DNA from: Gekko japonicus
Lineage: Eukaryota
Assembly (NCBI RefSeq): GCF_001447785.1
Contig: NW_015173156.1
Span: forward strand, 141,857-205,856
DNA length: 64,000 nt
Direction of reading: 5' to 3'
Shown: positions 37,336 through 49,464 of the stretch, piece by piece
Numbering within the stretch: the stretch's first letter is position 1
Layout: every line of letters starts with the position of its first letter
Made by a program: the position numbers and the translations under genes
Notes under the pieces: generated by a model
The model's database searches: none
What the model saw: the letters and a program-made list of their open reading frames with translations, nothing else
What the model was told of the DNA's origin: nothing

Positions 37336-37473
37336 AATGTATACTAGTCTTTGTTCAAATATATTATGGGGCTGTCAGGTTGTCCGGCTAGCTCTCCAGT
37401 GGTAGAGTTTGTAGGGCATGTTTTAGGATCATTTAGAATTTTAGCATCTCCTCTTTAAAGTTTGTCCTTTTAT

Positions 37474-37672
37474 AGCTAGGTTCGAGTCCAGTAGCACCTT
37501 AGAAACCACCAAGATTTTGGGGAGTATGAGATTTCGAGAGTCAAATCTCCTTTCTTCAGATACTGGCAGAAGGTAGCTTTGACTCTTAAAAACTTGCACC
37601 CTAAAAATCTTGTTGGTGTCTAAGGTGCTAGTGGACTAACTGTCCTACTGCAAACAAACACAGCTACCCTCT
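37474..37672. mobile_element. Penelope-like (PLE) fold-back remnant with hammerhead motif
   Basis: Inverted arms 37485-37563 and 37563-37637; minus-strand CTGAAGA...GAAA core; terminal aacacagctacc. Confidence 0.7.
37524..37563 (-). ncRNA. Minimal type I hammerhead ribozyme motif, probably inactivated
   Basis: GTAT-CTGAAGA-AAGGAG-ATTTGA-CTCTC-GAAA-TC-TC-ATAC. Confidence 0.55.
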
Positions 37673-39135
37673 GGGGAAAAGCATATCTCTTTTATATTAT
37701 CTGTAAATTGGATAAATGCTATGTAATTGTAGCTGGACAGCTGTTTTTCACACAAATGTGTCCCTAGTGACATCCCATTTCCCAGTGGGTTGGCCACAGT
37801 GACTGCCACTCTGAGGTACCCTGCTCTAAGAGTCTCATGTCACGCAACAAGGCCATTGCGCCAGGATCACTCTCAGATAACACAACACATAACAAGCATA
37901 CCCCACCGTCAACTTCATTTCCATCTTCGAAAAAGTATTACAGCAGTAGCCGAGAGACTCTCCTGCACCATTGTGCATGCCAAGCAGAGTAAGATATAGC
38001 TGTCTTGGCAATTGCAGCATGAAGCTTTTATTCAGAAGACATCTGTCAGCAACCAAGGCTCAACTATAAACATATTTTTTAAAAAAAATACAGAGCACTA
38101 TTTTTGCTTGCTATTTCCTAACTTAAAAATATGGCTCTCTCTGAATTTCAGTAAACTGGGCATTTTTAATCTGCATGGTGAGAGTGCAAGAGAGACCAGG
38201 ACTGATGAATATGGAGTAAACAAAAGGGTCTGGTTAGCAGGCATGCACAGACCAGATAAGGAATTAATGATCCCAGGAAATATGGCATTGCTCCCATTAA
38301 GATTTTGAAACATGTTGTTCATTGCTCTCAACACTGCAAACATCTGAATGTAATGCCTCGCTTCCTCGTCAAGGGGAAAGTGTGGTTTTATTTGTTAATG
38401 AAGCAGGATCCAACATGAAGCCTGGCTGTCCACAGTTGCCGGCCAGAAAAAGAATGTCAGCTCAGTGGTCTACATACCCCTTAGCTAGAACATTAGCAAG
38501 GGAAGAGGGGGATGTGATTGCTCTGCTGCAGTGGAAAAGGAGACAACAGTGCTTGCTTTCGGCAATGGAATGTGCTTTATCAGACGCCTCATTGGTCCCA
38601 TATAAGGAAAAAGTACACAGCACTGGAGACAATTCCTTTTACTGGCTCAACTAATCATTTACAATTCTAGAAATGAGCTTTTCAGAGGGACCGCACTTTG
38701 CTTCAGAGTGCTATTCTCTTATCAAAAATGGACACATTGTAAAAGTTTCTCGCTTACACTGCAGTTAACTTGACTGGGGCTTAGAATAAGGGAACCAATA
38801 GTTTGAAGTAAGAGCAATATTAATTGGATAATTATTAATAAAGCAAGCCTATGTAATGGACTCAGTTTGCATCAAGTAACAATGCTGCCCTAAGTGGAGT
38901 TGCACATTGTCTGTCTGTCTGTCTATCTCTGCTCATACAGCTATCACCTTAAGCAGAAATTAAAACTGAAAAATATTTTAAAAGACCTTACTCAGTATTG
39001 TCTGCAATGGTGTAATTCTGTTTAGGATGGCAACTAAAAGATTCAAGTAGCAATAGTGAGGTCCCTTTTTGGGATCGGTTATGTCCCTGTCCAGCTGGTG
39101 GACTCTCTTGCACATAATCTCCTGCAATGCCTTTA

Positions 39136-40613
39136 GGCTGGGATCATACGCACAATTAGACCTGACATAGGTGCGAATGCCGGGCAGATTTAAAGGGTGC
39201 GATGAGACAACAACATATGGGAAGTGCCCCACAGCCATTGGCAGCCTGTTCTGCTCCGCCGCAGAAGCGGAGTTAAAAAGTTAAAAGGTACTGGGGAAGA
39301 TCCAGTAGTAAATGGGTTGCGACGGGCCACAGACAGATTTTCCCATGTCTGATCGATCCATGGTGCAGAATGGTGTCGGGATGGTCTGATCAGGCCATCC
39401 CAACTCCGTGCCATTGTTTTTCCCCCCTATAACACAACAACCTCTCCCCGGCCGTTGCCGTGACCGAGATGTGGCATCACTGCCTATATATGTATTTATT
39501 TGTACTGGATTCAGTTTATTTCACTGTGATGTGACTGATCAGTTCTGCTCTCTGATGGCTGACCACTTCACACTTAAAAGTAATCTCTTCGGTGTTTGTA
39601 TTCAGGATGTATTGAGGACAACTGCCCAGTATAATTCTTTTTCAAAGAGTCAGGCACCAGTGCTTGTAAAAATCAAACAGCTCAGTTCTTTATTTCACAG
39701 AAAACTCAACAGGGGGATGGGATATATTTACACAGGATAGTTTGATACTTTGTAGAATAAACACTTCACTTTGCCTTTGCATAGGCTGTATGCTTATCAC
39801 TCTCAGTTTGACTCAGATGTTCTTTAGTTCACAACACCCATCTATGATCCCACTCTCCAGTAACTGTTTTGTGGTTAACCTTTGGGCTTTATTTGCCTGG
39901 TCCATTGAGTCTTACTGGTGCGACTACCCCAGCTCCCCTCCAGACCCTTAGCCCTTCCTTAGCCACCTTTATCAGTTCCTTTGGAGCAATGTCTCAGGTG
40001 TTTGTGACCACTGAGGTTTTATACTGTGCACTCTCTGGTCACTCTCCTCTTTACATTAGGGGGTACCAGTGCAGAGTGCTATTCAGCCACAGTTTTCTAC
40101 ACAAACTGCTATCCCGCTGATTCCACTGAACCCAGAGGCTTATGTCCTCTTCAGAGCTCTCCAGTTAGCTAACTGCTAACTTTCTTCGAACTGTCTCTAC
40201 CCAACTGTCAGCTCTCAACTGTCAGCTGTTCACAGTTATCTGTCACTCACTGAGAGTTCTGAGCCAACTGGTCCCCACCACTCTCAGGTACATGACTCAG
40301 CAGCTCCGTTGTTTACCTGCTGCTGTTCTCAAATCTTTAATTCCATCACATCCCCCTTCGCAGTACGTGCATCATCGCAGACTCCATAGAGAGCCCTTGG
40401 TGCAGAGGTGCAATTCATCAATCCCTCGTTTAAGTGCATGGGGGGAAATGGCACAAAACCCCCCAACTTACCTACAGTTGCATCTGATCACACACTGATG
40501 GACTGCACCCACAGCTTCAAAGGGAGGTGTGATTGTGCAACTGTGAGTCAAATTCCTCCAGAGGAAATTGCCTCGCTTCCCCCCTGTTTTTTCTGGTGTG
40601 TGTGACCGCAACC
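39136..40613 (-). mobile_element. PIF/Harbinger MITE (same family as 32551-33018) split by a solo LTR
   Basis: TIRs ggctgggatcatac / gtgtgaccgcaacc; TSD TTA at 39133-39135 and 40614-40616; both halves are reverse complements of the 32.5-kb copy. Confidence 0.88.
39428..40350 (-). mobile_element. Probable solo LTR, 923 bp
   Basis: Absent from the sister MITE; minus strand begins TGTGATG and ends GTTATA (CA mutated); flanks CCCCC/TCCCC; AATAAA on the minus strand. Confidence 0.65.
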
Positions 40614-41219
40614 TTATGTGCTCCAGTTTAGGCTAAAATGGATTGTGCCTTGTCTTGATGCATGGACTATGTTTCCTCTAGCAACATTAGAGCAAAAGGT
40701 GCAATTCCTCTTAGAGGATTCAGACTCTAAATGTACTTATTCTATTGTTCAGTTTTTAGAGGCTGCAGAGAAGCGTCGAAGGGAGGTGTTTTCAGAAATG
40801 GGGTCAATTTAAGTTTTCCTTTCAGTTTTATTGTTCAAGACCTTGGTCTAAGAACAGAGGAAGAAGCAGAAGATTGGTCTGATAACAGTTTACCTGGCTG
40901 CGGCTTCCTCAAATAATTCTGGGAGCCATAATGCGGCTGTGTATTTACTATCTGAGATTCCTAATCTTCTGCATATTCCTGGGACATGGGTAATCGTAGT
41001 GCATCAATTTAAGTTTGTAGTGTAGATCCAGACTCAGACATTTCTCCACAATTAGTACAATTTGGGCTTCATAAGTTACTTTAATAGTAAAGCACACCAT
41101 TTCATTTCCTGATCATTTTAGCATTTTGCTCTTAGTATCTAAGTTGGAATAAACATGTTTTAGTGTAACTCACATAAGCAGAGAAAACAAAGAAAGGTGA
41201 TCCAAAACAAGAGTAAAAT

Positions 41220-41524
41220 TAGGCTTACCAATCCCCAGGTGGGGGCAGGGAATCTCCCGCTTTTGCGAGTTCTGGCCTGCCACCGGCCAGCTGGCCAGTG
41301 GAGGAAACCCCACTCCCAAACAGATGTCCCTGCGTGACATTGCCGATGTGCTGTCACTTCCATCCATAGAGTTTTGCCCCAAAAGTAGAGTGTCACCCTG
41401 ACATCACCAACTTGATGACATCACTCCCAGAAGTGATGTCAATGTGTCAGTGATGTCCCCACCTACCCCCAGAATGCCCCCCCAAATCCCCCTGCCAGAA
41501 GGAGGAGGGCACTCAGCTACCCTA
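41220..41524. mobile_element. hAT MITE with 8-bp TSD
   Basis: taggcttacca / cagctacccta; TSD AGTAAAAT at 41212-41219 and 41525-41532. Confidence 0.8.
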
Positions 41525-41842
41525 AGTAAAATAACCCTTTCATAAACATATTCTCTAGAACAAATCTAGGTCTCACACTCTGCGGGTTCTACAGAAAGCA
41601 AAGAGAATTGTCTTTTACTGGCTCCTGCTCAGTTCAGGCACCTACAAGCATAGGGGTACATGTAGGGTTGCCACATCCCCCACTGGCCACTAGTAAGGGA
41701 TGGAAGGGTAGGGTTGCCAGATTCAGGTTGGGAAATTGCTGGAGATTTGGGATAGAGCCAGGGGAAGAACAATGCCAGAGAGTCTACTCTCCAAAGCATC
41801 CATTTTCTCCAGGTGAACTGATCTCTGTAGTCTGAAAATGAG

Positions 41843-42378
41843 TAGAGATTGGCACGGACCACATTTTTGCAATTCTGTTCATAGTTCAGGGCTGACCCAC
41901 AGGCCCAATCATTAACCTACATGAACAGATATGCTGGTTTGCAAACCGAATTTATTCAAATAGGTCCATGAGCCATTTAAACCCTCCGGTTCTGCTCCCC
42001 CCCCCTTGAAGTGGCAAGGAATCGATTGGGAGGGTTTAAATGGCTCCCAGTCATTTAACTCTACAGTTTTGCTCCCTGCCCTTTGAAGCAGGGGGGGAGC
42101 AAAACCAGAGGGTTAAATATGGGGGTGAAGTGCCTTCCAGGAGGCATTTCACTTCCTCCTTTCTGATGGCTGCAGCTTTCCCAAGCCAGCAAAAAAGAAG
42201 GGGAGAACTGCCTCCCAGGGGCACCTTACCCATCCTGTTTGCTGGCCGCAGCCAACAGAAACGAGGGGGTGAAATGCCCCTGGGAAGGGTGAAATGCCCC
42301 AGGAACTTCAGTTTGCAAACCCTGAAGAGGCCAAAATTCATGATGATCTTTAGTTTGTCAGCTGGTTCATGCCTATCC
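41843..42378. mobile_element. hAT (TAGGGATG-type) non-autonomous element nested in a Blackjack-like MITE
   Basis: Decayed TIRs tagagattggcacggacc / ggttcatgcctatcca; the host resumes at gtaattctgggggatccccagg. Confidence 0.6.
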
Positions 42379-44521
42379 ATGTAATTCTGGGGGATCCCCA
42401 GGTTCCACCTGGAGCCTGGCATCCCTAGGTGCAGAGAACCTTAGCACACCATCTCTAGGGATGCTACAAATCCAAACACCCTCTGCATGACCTCCAACAC
42501 AGTTGGGGGGGGATAGTTTTAATATTATCTCTTTCCATGCCAAAGACCACATGCATGCAAACCGGAGATCAAGCACAGTTTATCAATGGCGCTAGACACC
42601 TATCTCAAGTACCACAAAGTGTTTGAGATTGAGACATGTTATTGGGGACAAAAAAATTACCCTTCCCTAGACCAGATCCCTTTATTTATTTCCAGAGTGT
42701 ACATATGAAGATACCTCACACTGAGCCAGCCCACTGGTCCAATTAACTCAGGACTGAGTATAATTGTCAGTGGTCTCCAGGTCTTCTCCAGCTTCTGCCA
42801 CAGGAGACCTCTTAACTGGAGAACCATGGGTACACTGAGCCTGCTACTCTTAATGCAAAGCATGTGCTCTTCCACTGACTGATGGGCCCTCACTATTGTT
42901 TGGGCACACTTAGGAAATGTTTCTTGACACCCTGGAATCTTTAGCTGTGTGTGAACCTCTCCCCTTCCTTAGCTTTTTGGGCATGGAAATAAAATAATGC
43001 CAAATGTTTTACCAATTCTTAGGTTTGCCATTCTTTCCCTCCTGATAAATCATAGGGAATTTTCACTGCACCCGTGATGTAAAACGCATAGATGAAGTCC
43101 CCAGCACTCAGTTCATAATTGTGCTGCCAGTTACAACTGTAGATAGCAACACAGAAATAAAGGAGGGCATTTTTTGAAAAGGAAACAGTTGTCGTAACTA
43201 GGTGGGCTGCAGTTCATGGTATATCTTATAGTGTTTTACTTTATTATGCTGTTTTTCTAATTCTGTAATCTGTCTTGAGTCTCAGAGGGAAAGGCAAAAT
43301 ATAAGAAAAGGGAAAGATTGCTTTCTCTTGAGAGTTCTGAATTAGCTCACATTTCTCTCACATGTGCAACCTTGCCCTGCAGTCTAGGAACTGTAAGGCA
43401 CATGCAGGAGAGGACAGCATGTCGCCTGGATAATGATGTGATGCTCCCTTTCCTTGCATTACAACATTTTGCCCTGTGATTGGCTTGCATGAGCACCGTA
43501 TTTACCAGCATGGGAGGAAGAGGAGGAGGAAGCAATTACTGCTTTTACAAAAAAAGCAGAACTCACTTTCTGCAATCAGAGCAAGTATCAGGTTAATAAT
43601 GACCAACTGTTGAACACGTGCCAATAGCAGCTACTGGCCTCAGATGCCTAGACTGAGGACTGCAAAGTAAGCAAAGGCAAAAGCAACCTAAAACACTCGA
43701 AATGCACTGAGTCATAATTTCACTGCTTGCCTTGTAATAAAAATAAATACTATAAGCAGAAGAAATTTGTATTATGGGAAAATCCATATTATGAGCCCAT
43801 TATATTATTCACCTGCTCTTCCTTCCAATAGCTCAGGGTGGGACATACAGTTCTCCCAACAAGCCTGTTAGATTCATTAGGCTAAGAAAGATTGACTGAT
43901 CCAAGGTTAGCCATGACGGAGTACAAATTTGAACTTGAGACTCCCAGATACTAGCCTAACCACAACACCATGTTATTAAAGCCCTCCCTCTCTGTGCCTC
44001 ATTAAAAATTAGTAGGGCTCCAAAGACCTTATTAGAAACCTACTATAAGCAGTTGGTATCTAGCTGCATTATTTATTTATTTAGAACAGTTATATATCCC
44101 ACCATTTTCCTGACACAGCCAGGATAATGTTGAAGTTGTTTAGACTGATGCTGGAAAATGGGTCGTTAATACCTAATGACCATTACAGAACTCAAATAGC
44201 TATTTCCATTTTTAGAATTCCTATGACGAGCAAAGTTACATTTCTTACACAGTCTTATTAAGCTGTTTTTTTAAAAAGAAAACGTGCTAACAATTGCTTT
44301 CTGATGCCTTAAAAATATTGAAAGTGACTGGCTGCTTGACTTAGGTTCAGACCCCTTCACCAATCAAGTTGAAGTTGGTTGGATTCTGTCTTCACACACA
44401 CACACAAAAGCTGGATAGCCATTGTTTTAGTTAACACATGCAGTGCTCCTAAAAGTGGATCAGTTGGCAACCCTATGATTTTGTCATGAAAGGTTCATGT
44501 TCTAGGCACAGTAGCTGTAGG

Positions 44522-45091
44522 CAGGGATGGCCACTAATTGGCTCAGAAATGTAAGTTTGTGATGAATTTTGGCTGATTTGTGGTTCATGAACAGAAATTC
44601 ACAAAATGAAGAGCCACCATGAACTCCCAGAAATTTTAAGGCAGTCTGTGGTGGTTTCTGAAGAGCAGAAAGCAGGGGTTTAAATGGCTGAGAGCTCTTC
44701 ACAAAAAAGCTGAGTGGTGGGGAGCAGAAAGCAGGGGTTTAAATGCCACTTTTCGTGGGGAAACCCTTGCTTTCTGCTCCCCATGAAAAGCAGTGGGGAG
44801 CAGAAAGAAGGGGACTAAATGGTTCCAAGCCATTTAAACCCCTGCTTTCTGCTCCTTGCTGCTTTTTGCACAGAAACCCCTGTTTTCTGCTTCCCACCAC
44901 TTTTCACAAGGAAACTCCTGCTTTCTGTTCCTGGCAAAAAGCAGTGGGGAGCAGAAAACAGGGGTCATGAACTACTATGAACCAGTTCAATTTGTGAACC
45001 AACCTCCCAGTTAGTATTGGTTTGTGGTTCAGTTGGTCGTTTGGCTATGAACCACAAACTGAAACATTTCTGTGGTTCGTGGCCATCCCTA
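44522..45091. mobile_element. hAT non-autonomous element with 8-bp TSD
   Basis: TIRs cagggatggccac / gtggccatcccta; TSD GCTGTAGG at 44514-44521 and 45092-45099; internal gagcagaaagcaggggtttaaatg repeats in both orientations. Confidence 0.9.
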
Positions 45092-47074
45092 GCTGTAGGA
45101 TCCAGATTAACCTTACGTATAAAAACTTAATCTCTATTTATCTCTTCCTTAGGAATTGACCACTGTCCATTAAGCCTGCAAGTCCTGATGTTAAGGAGAC
45201 TAATTCAGACCTCTGATGCTGAGATTATATTAGAGTTTTCTAAACTTTGTATCTCATTAAATAGACTTTATGGTGGCCTGGGACACTTTCTTATCAGTTG
45301 AAACAGAAGATGGAAAAATCTTGGTATGCAATAGTTTTATTAAACCTGTGCGATCATTAGAGAGTTCATTAAGTTCTAGAAGAACACACTGTACTGAAAA
45401 TACCAAAACTTTGCAGGGTAGATAAGAGAAAAGCAATCCGCTGAGATTGTAACCGTGTAAGATAATAATCAAATGAGCCATTTGATTACTCCTGCTGTGC
45501 TTTAAGAAACAACCCTGTAATGACCAGCATGATGTGTCTTCCTTGACATTCCTGAGAAATACTCCCCACAGATCATTCCAGTTTGAAGGCAGCCATTAAG
45601 CAATAATGCTACATATGGACATGGGCAAATGTAATGCTCTGATATTTGTCAGGTAGTACAGATATAAGCACTCTATTGCTGGCTGCTTCCAGACGAGGGT
45701 GCAAAAATGCACTCCCACCTTGTCAACAGCAGCAAGTGGTGCAGGAATGAGGACGATCAGGCTCCACACACACCCTGCTCCTGCTCCATGTGATCTGCAA
45801 CCAGCCCCTGCTCCTCCCCATTAACCCTGTGCCTTGCATCCCCTCCACCACAAAACCCTTTAAATGCCTTTTTCTTTCTTTTTTTCCTAACTACATTATA
45901 TTGCTATGCAATGGCTTCGTAAAAGAAAACAAAAGTCCTTTAATGTGCTGAAAGGAGGCTGAAAGGAGGGTTGCTACACCAGTTTCCTGTTTACTTTGGA
46001 GGAAATGAGGGTGTGTTTCTTATGGAGCAAAAGTTGGGTAATGGGAGCTAGACCAGTCATGCCTCAGTTGGTTGTGATGTCATCAGGATGTTCTCCTTCA
46101 TCTCCTTCATGCTATATACCCTATGTGGTAGCAGCCATTCACATGTTTTGATCCAATTACCAGCTCCCAAAAATCCCCTTGCCAAGCATTTACATTGTTT
46201 CTGTACTGTTCAACAGCCTTTTGATCCTCTGCCACTGCTGTTGCTCTTCCTCTTCATTGTCATAAACCTCCCTTGCCCTCTGCTGCATAATTCATTGGCC
46301 TGATTTTGTTGATGACACCACAGTGCCAATTGACTGTAGTGACTGATGTGATTTTATTTATAAGGCTCGTGTGACAATATTAACAAAATTATGTGGTTCA
46401 CCAAGATCTACGGGGAACAGTCAGGGAAAAGGAACTGGAGGTAAACAGCAACAACCAGGAGAATAAAATGGCACTGAACGCCATCGAAATGTAAAATGCT
46501 TTTAAAAAATGGTCACAAAAGTGCTCAAAACTTTTTCAACAGTCATGAAATGAACAGAAAGCTGGATGGTTATTCTTTTGCCCAGATTCCTTCTGATTCC
46601 CCCCACCCCCATTGTTTGAAAATGATACCAAATTAGAAGGCTTTTCTTAGATGCGCTGTATTTTCCACCATGCCAGACTCACAAGTTTCCCATGAGCCAG
46701 CAGTCTCTTTCAGAGGGAATTCTCAGAGCAAATCCTGCCCACCGTTAAGCCATCTAAATCCCTAACTCTGCACAGGATTCCAGCGCTAGCCGCAGTTTGA
46801 CCAGGAATATGCCATTTTTTTTTTCTTTCACAGAAGAAAAAGAGTCATCTCTGGGGAATGGAAGGAAACTTTATAATGCAGGGAAAGGGGCTGAGAAAAC
46901 AGAAGCACCACTGCAGGTATTTGAAGGGGGGCAAAAAGATGCACAGCAAGGATCAAACACTTTCTTTTCAACACACTCCAGAAGGCACTGCAAGAAGCAA
47001 AGTATTTCAAGAACGGGGGGGGGGGGTTATACCACACAATAACCAGAGACTTAGATGGGAATAAGAATGAGCTA

Positions 47075-47290
47075 TCCTGACCTAGTTGGTCCAGGCTAGC
47101 CCAGTCTTTTCAGTTCTTGGAAGCTAAGCAGGGTTGGCCCAGGTTAGTATTTGGATGAGAGACCACCAAGGAAGTCCAGGGTTGCTATGCAGAGGCAGGC
47201 AATGACGAACCACCTCTGAACATGTCTTCCCTTGAAAACCTTATGGTGTCACTACAGGTAGGCTGTGACTTGACAGCACTTTCCACTACC
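47075..47290 (+). mobile_element. 5S rRNA-derived SINE with RTE-like 3' end
   Basis: gaagctaagcagggttggcccaggttagtatttggatgagagacc (5S ICR), then ggcaatgacgaaccacctctg...gctgtgacttgacagcac. Confidence 0.8.
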
Positions 47291-47566
47291 ACGAGAATGA
47301 ACCCAAGAAATGTGGGACAGAAGGTTCCCCTTCTCTCAGTTGTGCTTGTCTTTGTAAAAAAGGCATGCTACTCAGAAGATCAGAAAGCGAACATAAGGAT
47401 GAACAGCTCTCTAGTTCTAAAATGACATACTTAAATGTGGGGACTATGGTAAAACATAAGCCCTCCTACAGAGATTATATGGGAGGTTAAGACTACACAC
47501 ACATCGGCTTTAGGACATGCGCATCCATTGGAAAGGTACAACTGTCAGTGACTTTCCCATGTGTAA

Positions 47567-47795
47567 GTAAAGGTAAAGGTTCCCTTGCTCAAAAGCCAGT
47601 CGAATCCGACTCTAGGGTTGCGGTGCTCATCTCCGTTTCAAAGCCAAAGAGCCAGCGCTGTCCAAAGACATTTCCGTGGTCATGTGGCCAGCATGACTAA
47701 ACAGCAAGGCGCATGGAACGCTGTTACCTTCCCACTGAAGTGGTACCTATTTATCTACTTGCAATTTCTTGCTTTCGAACTGCTAGGTTGGCAGG
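47567..47795 (-). mobile_element. Sauria SINE, 5'-truncated
   Basis: Near-identical to the 3' part of the 35457 copy. Confidence 0.9.
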
Positions 47796-48610
47796 CAAAA
47801 CAGACCCACACACAATCTTCACAGATGAGGTCCTACAAATACATGTGCACTTCTCGGCTATCCCCGTGTATTCCTCCATGGGGGAAATGGCAAGTATGAA
47901 GCAGCCCTATCTTCCAGTGAGGCTGTAATGGTGTATTCCAGTATGTTGATGTCAATCAGCATTGTTAAGGTTCTCTTAATTTCTCTTTCCCCAAATTCTC
48001 TCTAAAACCCAACCATTTATTTTCCTCTTCATAGGAATTGGAGTGCATTCCAAATGAATTCCATTTTGCTCAAATATGAAATGCAAATGAGAAAGGCAAA
48101 GGGAAGTTCTGCACAATTTCAGCATTTCCTTCTGCAAGTGCTCAGAAGCAGACATTATCTTCCAAACCTTCCTGCCCTCCTGCTAGAGCACCCTGTTCTG
48201 TGTAACATTAAAAAAAAAAATACCTGCAAGGGCTGAAGTTGCACAAGGGTGCATAGAGGTGTAACAGAAATGTACAATGAGAAATTAAAGAGATATTCTT
48301 CTTTTGAAAGAGGAAAAATAAAAGGAGTCAATGGCTATAGCTTTAAAAAGTGAATTTCAGTGGAAAAGAAACTCCACTCACCATAACAAATTCTAGTGAC
48401 GTCGATGCCTACTATGCTCAGAACTGCAGCCTCATTTTGTGGACATACACGAATATTTTTCACTTTCTTCTGCTAGCTGCAATGAATATTCTCTCGTTTC
48501 TATTTTTAGGTAGATGAATAGCAGTTTCATTGGGGTAGAAATTTACAGTGCAACTTCACTCAGCTGAGAAGGTTATAACTCTCCTTAGTACTGCACTGTT
48601 AATGACTTAC

Positions 48611-48695
48611 CTTTTTCTGTCCTGTTCAGCACCATTGTTACTTCTTTGGTGCCTTTTTCACCTCTGGTTTCCACTTCTTCCCTTGATAAAGTCAT
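48611..48695 (-). CDS. Candidate short coding exon (MTLSREEVETRGEKGTKEVTMVLNRTEK+1 nt), gene unidentified
   Basis: Purine-rich open frame ending at a perfect donor AAG|GTAAGT; in-frame stops upstream; second ATG in good Kozak context (acaATGg); no homology recognised. Confidence 0.25.
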
Positions 48696-49008
48696 AGGAG
48701 CAATCCCACACAATCATTACACAGTCGATTAGATGATAACCTAATGCTGGGTGTAGCCAATCAGTTTTGGTTCCATGATGAAGCCAGTGAGGATGAATGA
48801 TGACAAGGGAATTGAGTACTTTAGTGAGAAGGACACTTTGGTTTTCCAAAGAAGATGTGGAGGGTTTTTTTGTTTGTTTTTTGTCATTGCAGAAAACATT
48901 TGCCCAAAAGAGTGAATACTTGAAGCCAGCATTTTTCTTTTCATCATCCTCTTTCTTTCCCCCGGGGTTTCACAACACATGCACTTTCTACTGACCATGT
49001 GTTAAAAT

Positions 49009-49225
49009 NNNNNNNNNNNNNNNNNNNNNNNNNNNNNNNNNNNNNNNNNNNNNNNNNNNNNNNNNNNNNNNNNNNNNNNNNNNNNNNNNNNNNNNNNNNN
49101 NNNNNNNNNNNNNNNNNNNNNNNNNNNNNNNNNNNNNNNNNNNNNNNNNNNNNNNNNNNNNNNNNNNNNNNNNNNNNNNNNNNNNNNNNNNNNNNNNNNN
49201 NNNNNNNNNNNNNNNNNNNNNNNNN
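49009..49225. other. Assembly gap (217 N)
   Basis: Run of N abutting a Squam3-like SINE tail. Confidence 1.
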
Positions 49226-49464
49226 GCCCTTCACTTGGAGTCTCAGAGCGGCTTACAAACTCCTTTCCCTTCCCCTCCCCACAACAGACACCCTGTGAGG
49301 TGGGTGGGGCTGGGAGAACTCTGACACAAACGGCTCTTTTTCAAGGACAGCTGTGCCAGAGCTTGTGACTGACCCAAGGTCACATCAGCAGGTGCAAGTG
49401 GAGGAGTGGGGAATCAAACCCGGTTCTCCCAGATTAGAGTCCGCACACTTAACCACTACACCAG
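49226..49464 (-). mobile_element. Squam3-like SINE (tail lies in the gap)
   Basis: High similarity to 26744-27028. Confidence 0.85.

Noticed and set aside
44650-44970. CRISPR-like repeat array
   Set aside because: Eukaryotic context; irregular repeats in both orientations inside a hAT element; no spacer periodicity or cas genes.
48625-48642. REST/NRSE site (also 60829)
   Set aside because: Only the TTCAGCACC half is present; the GGACAG half is missing.
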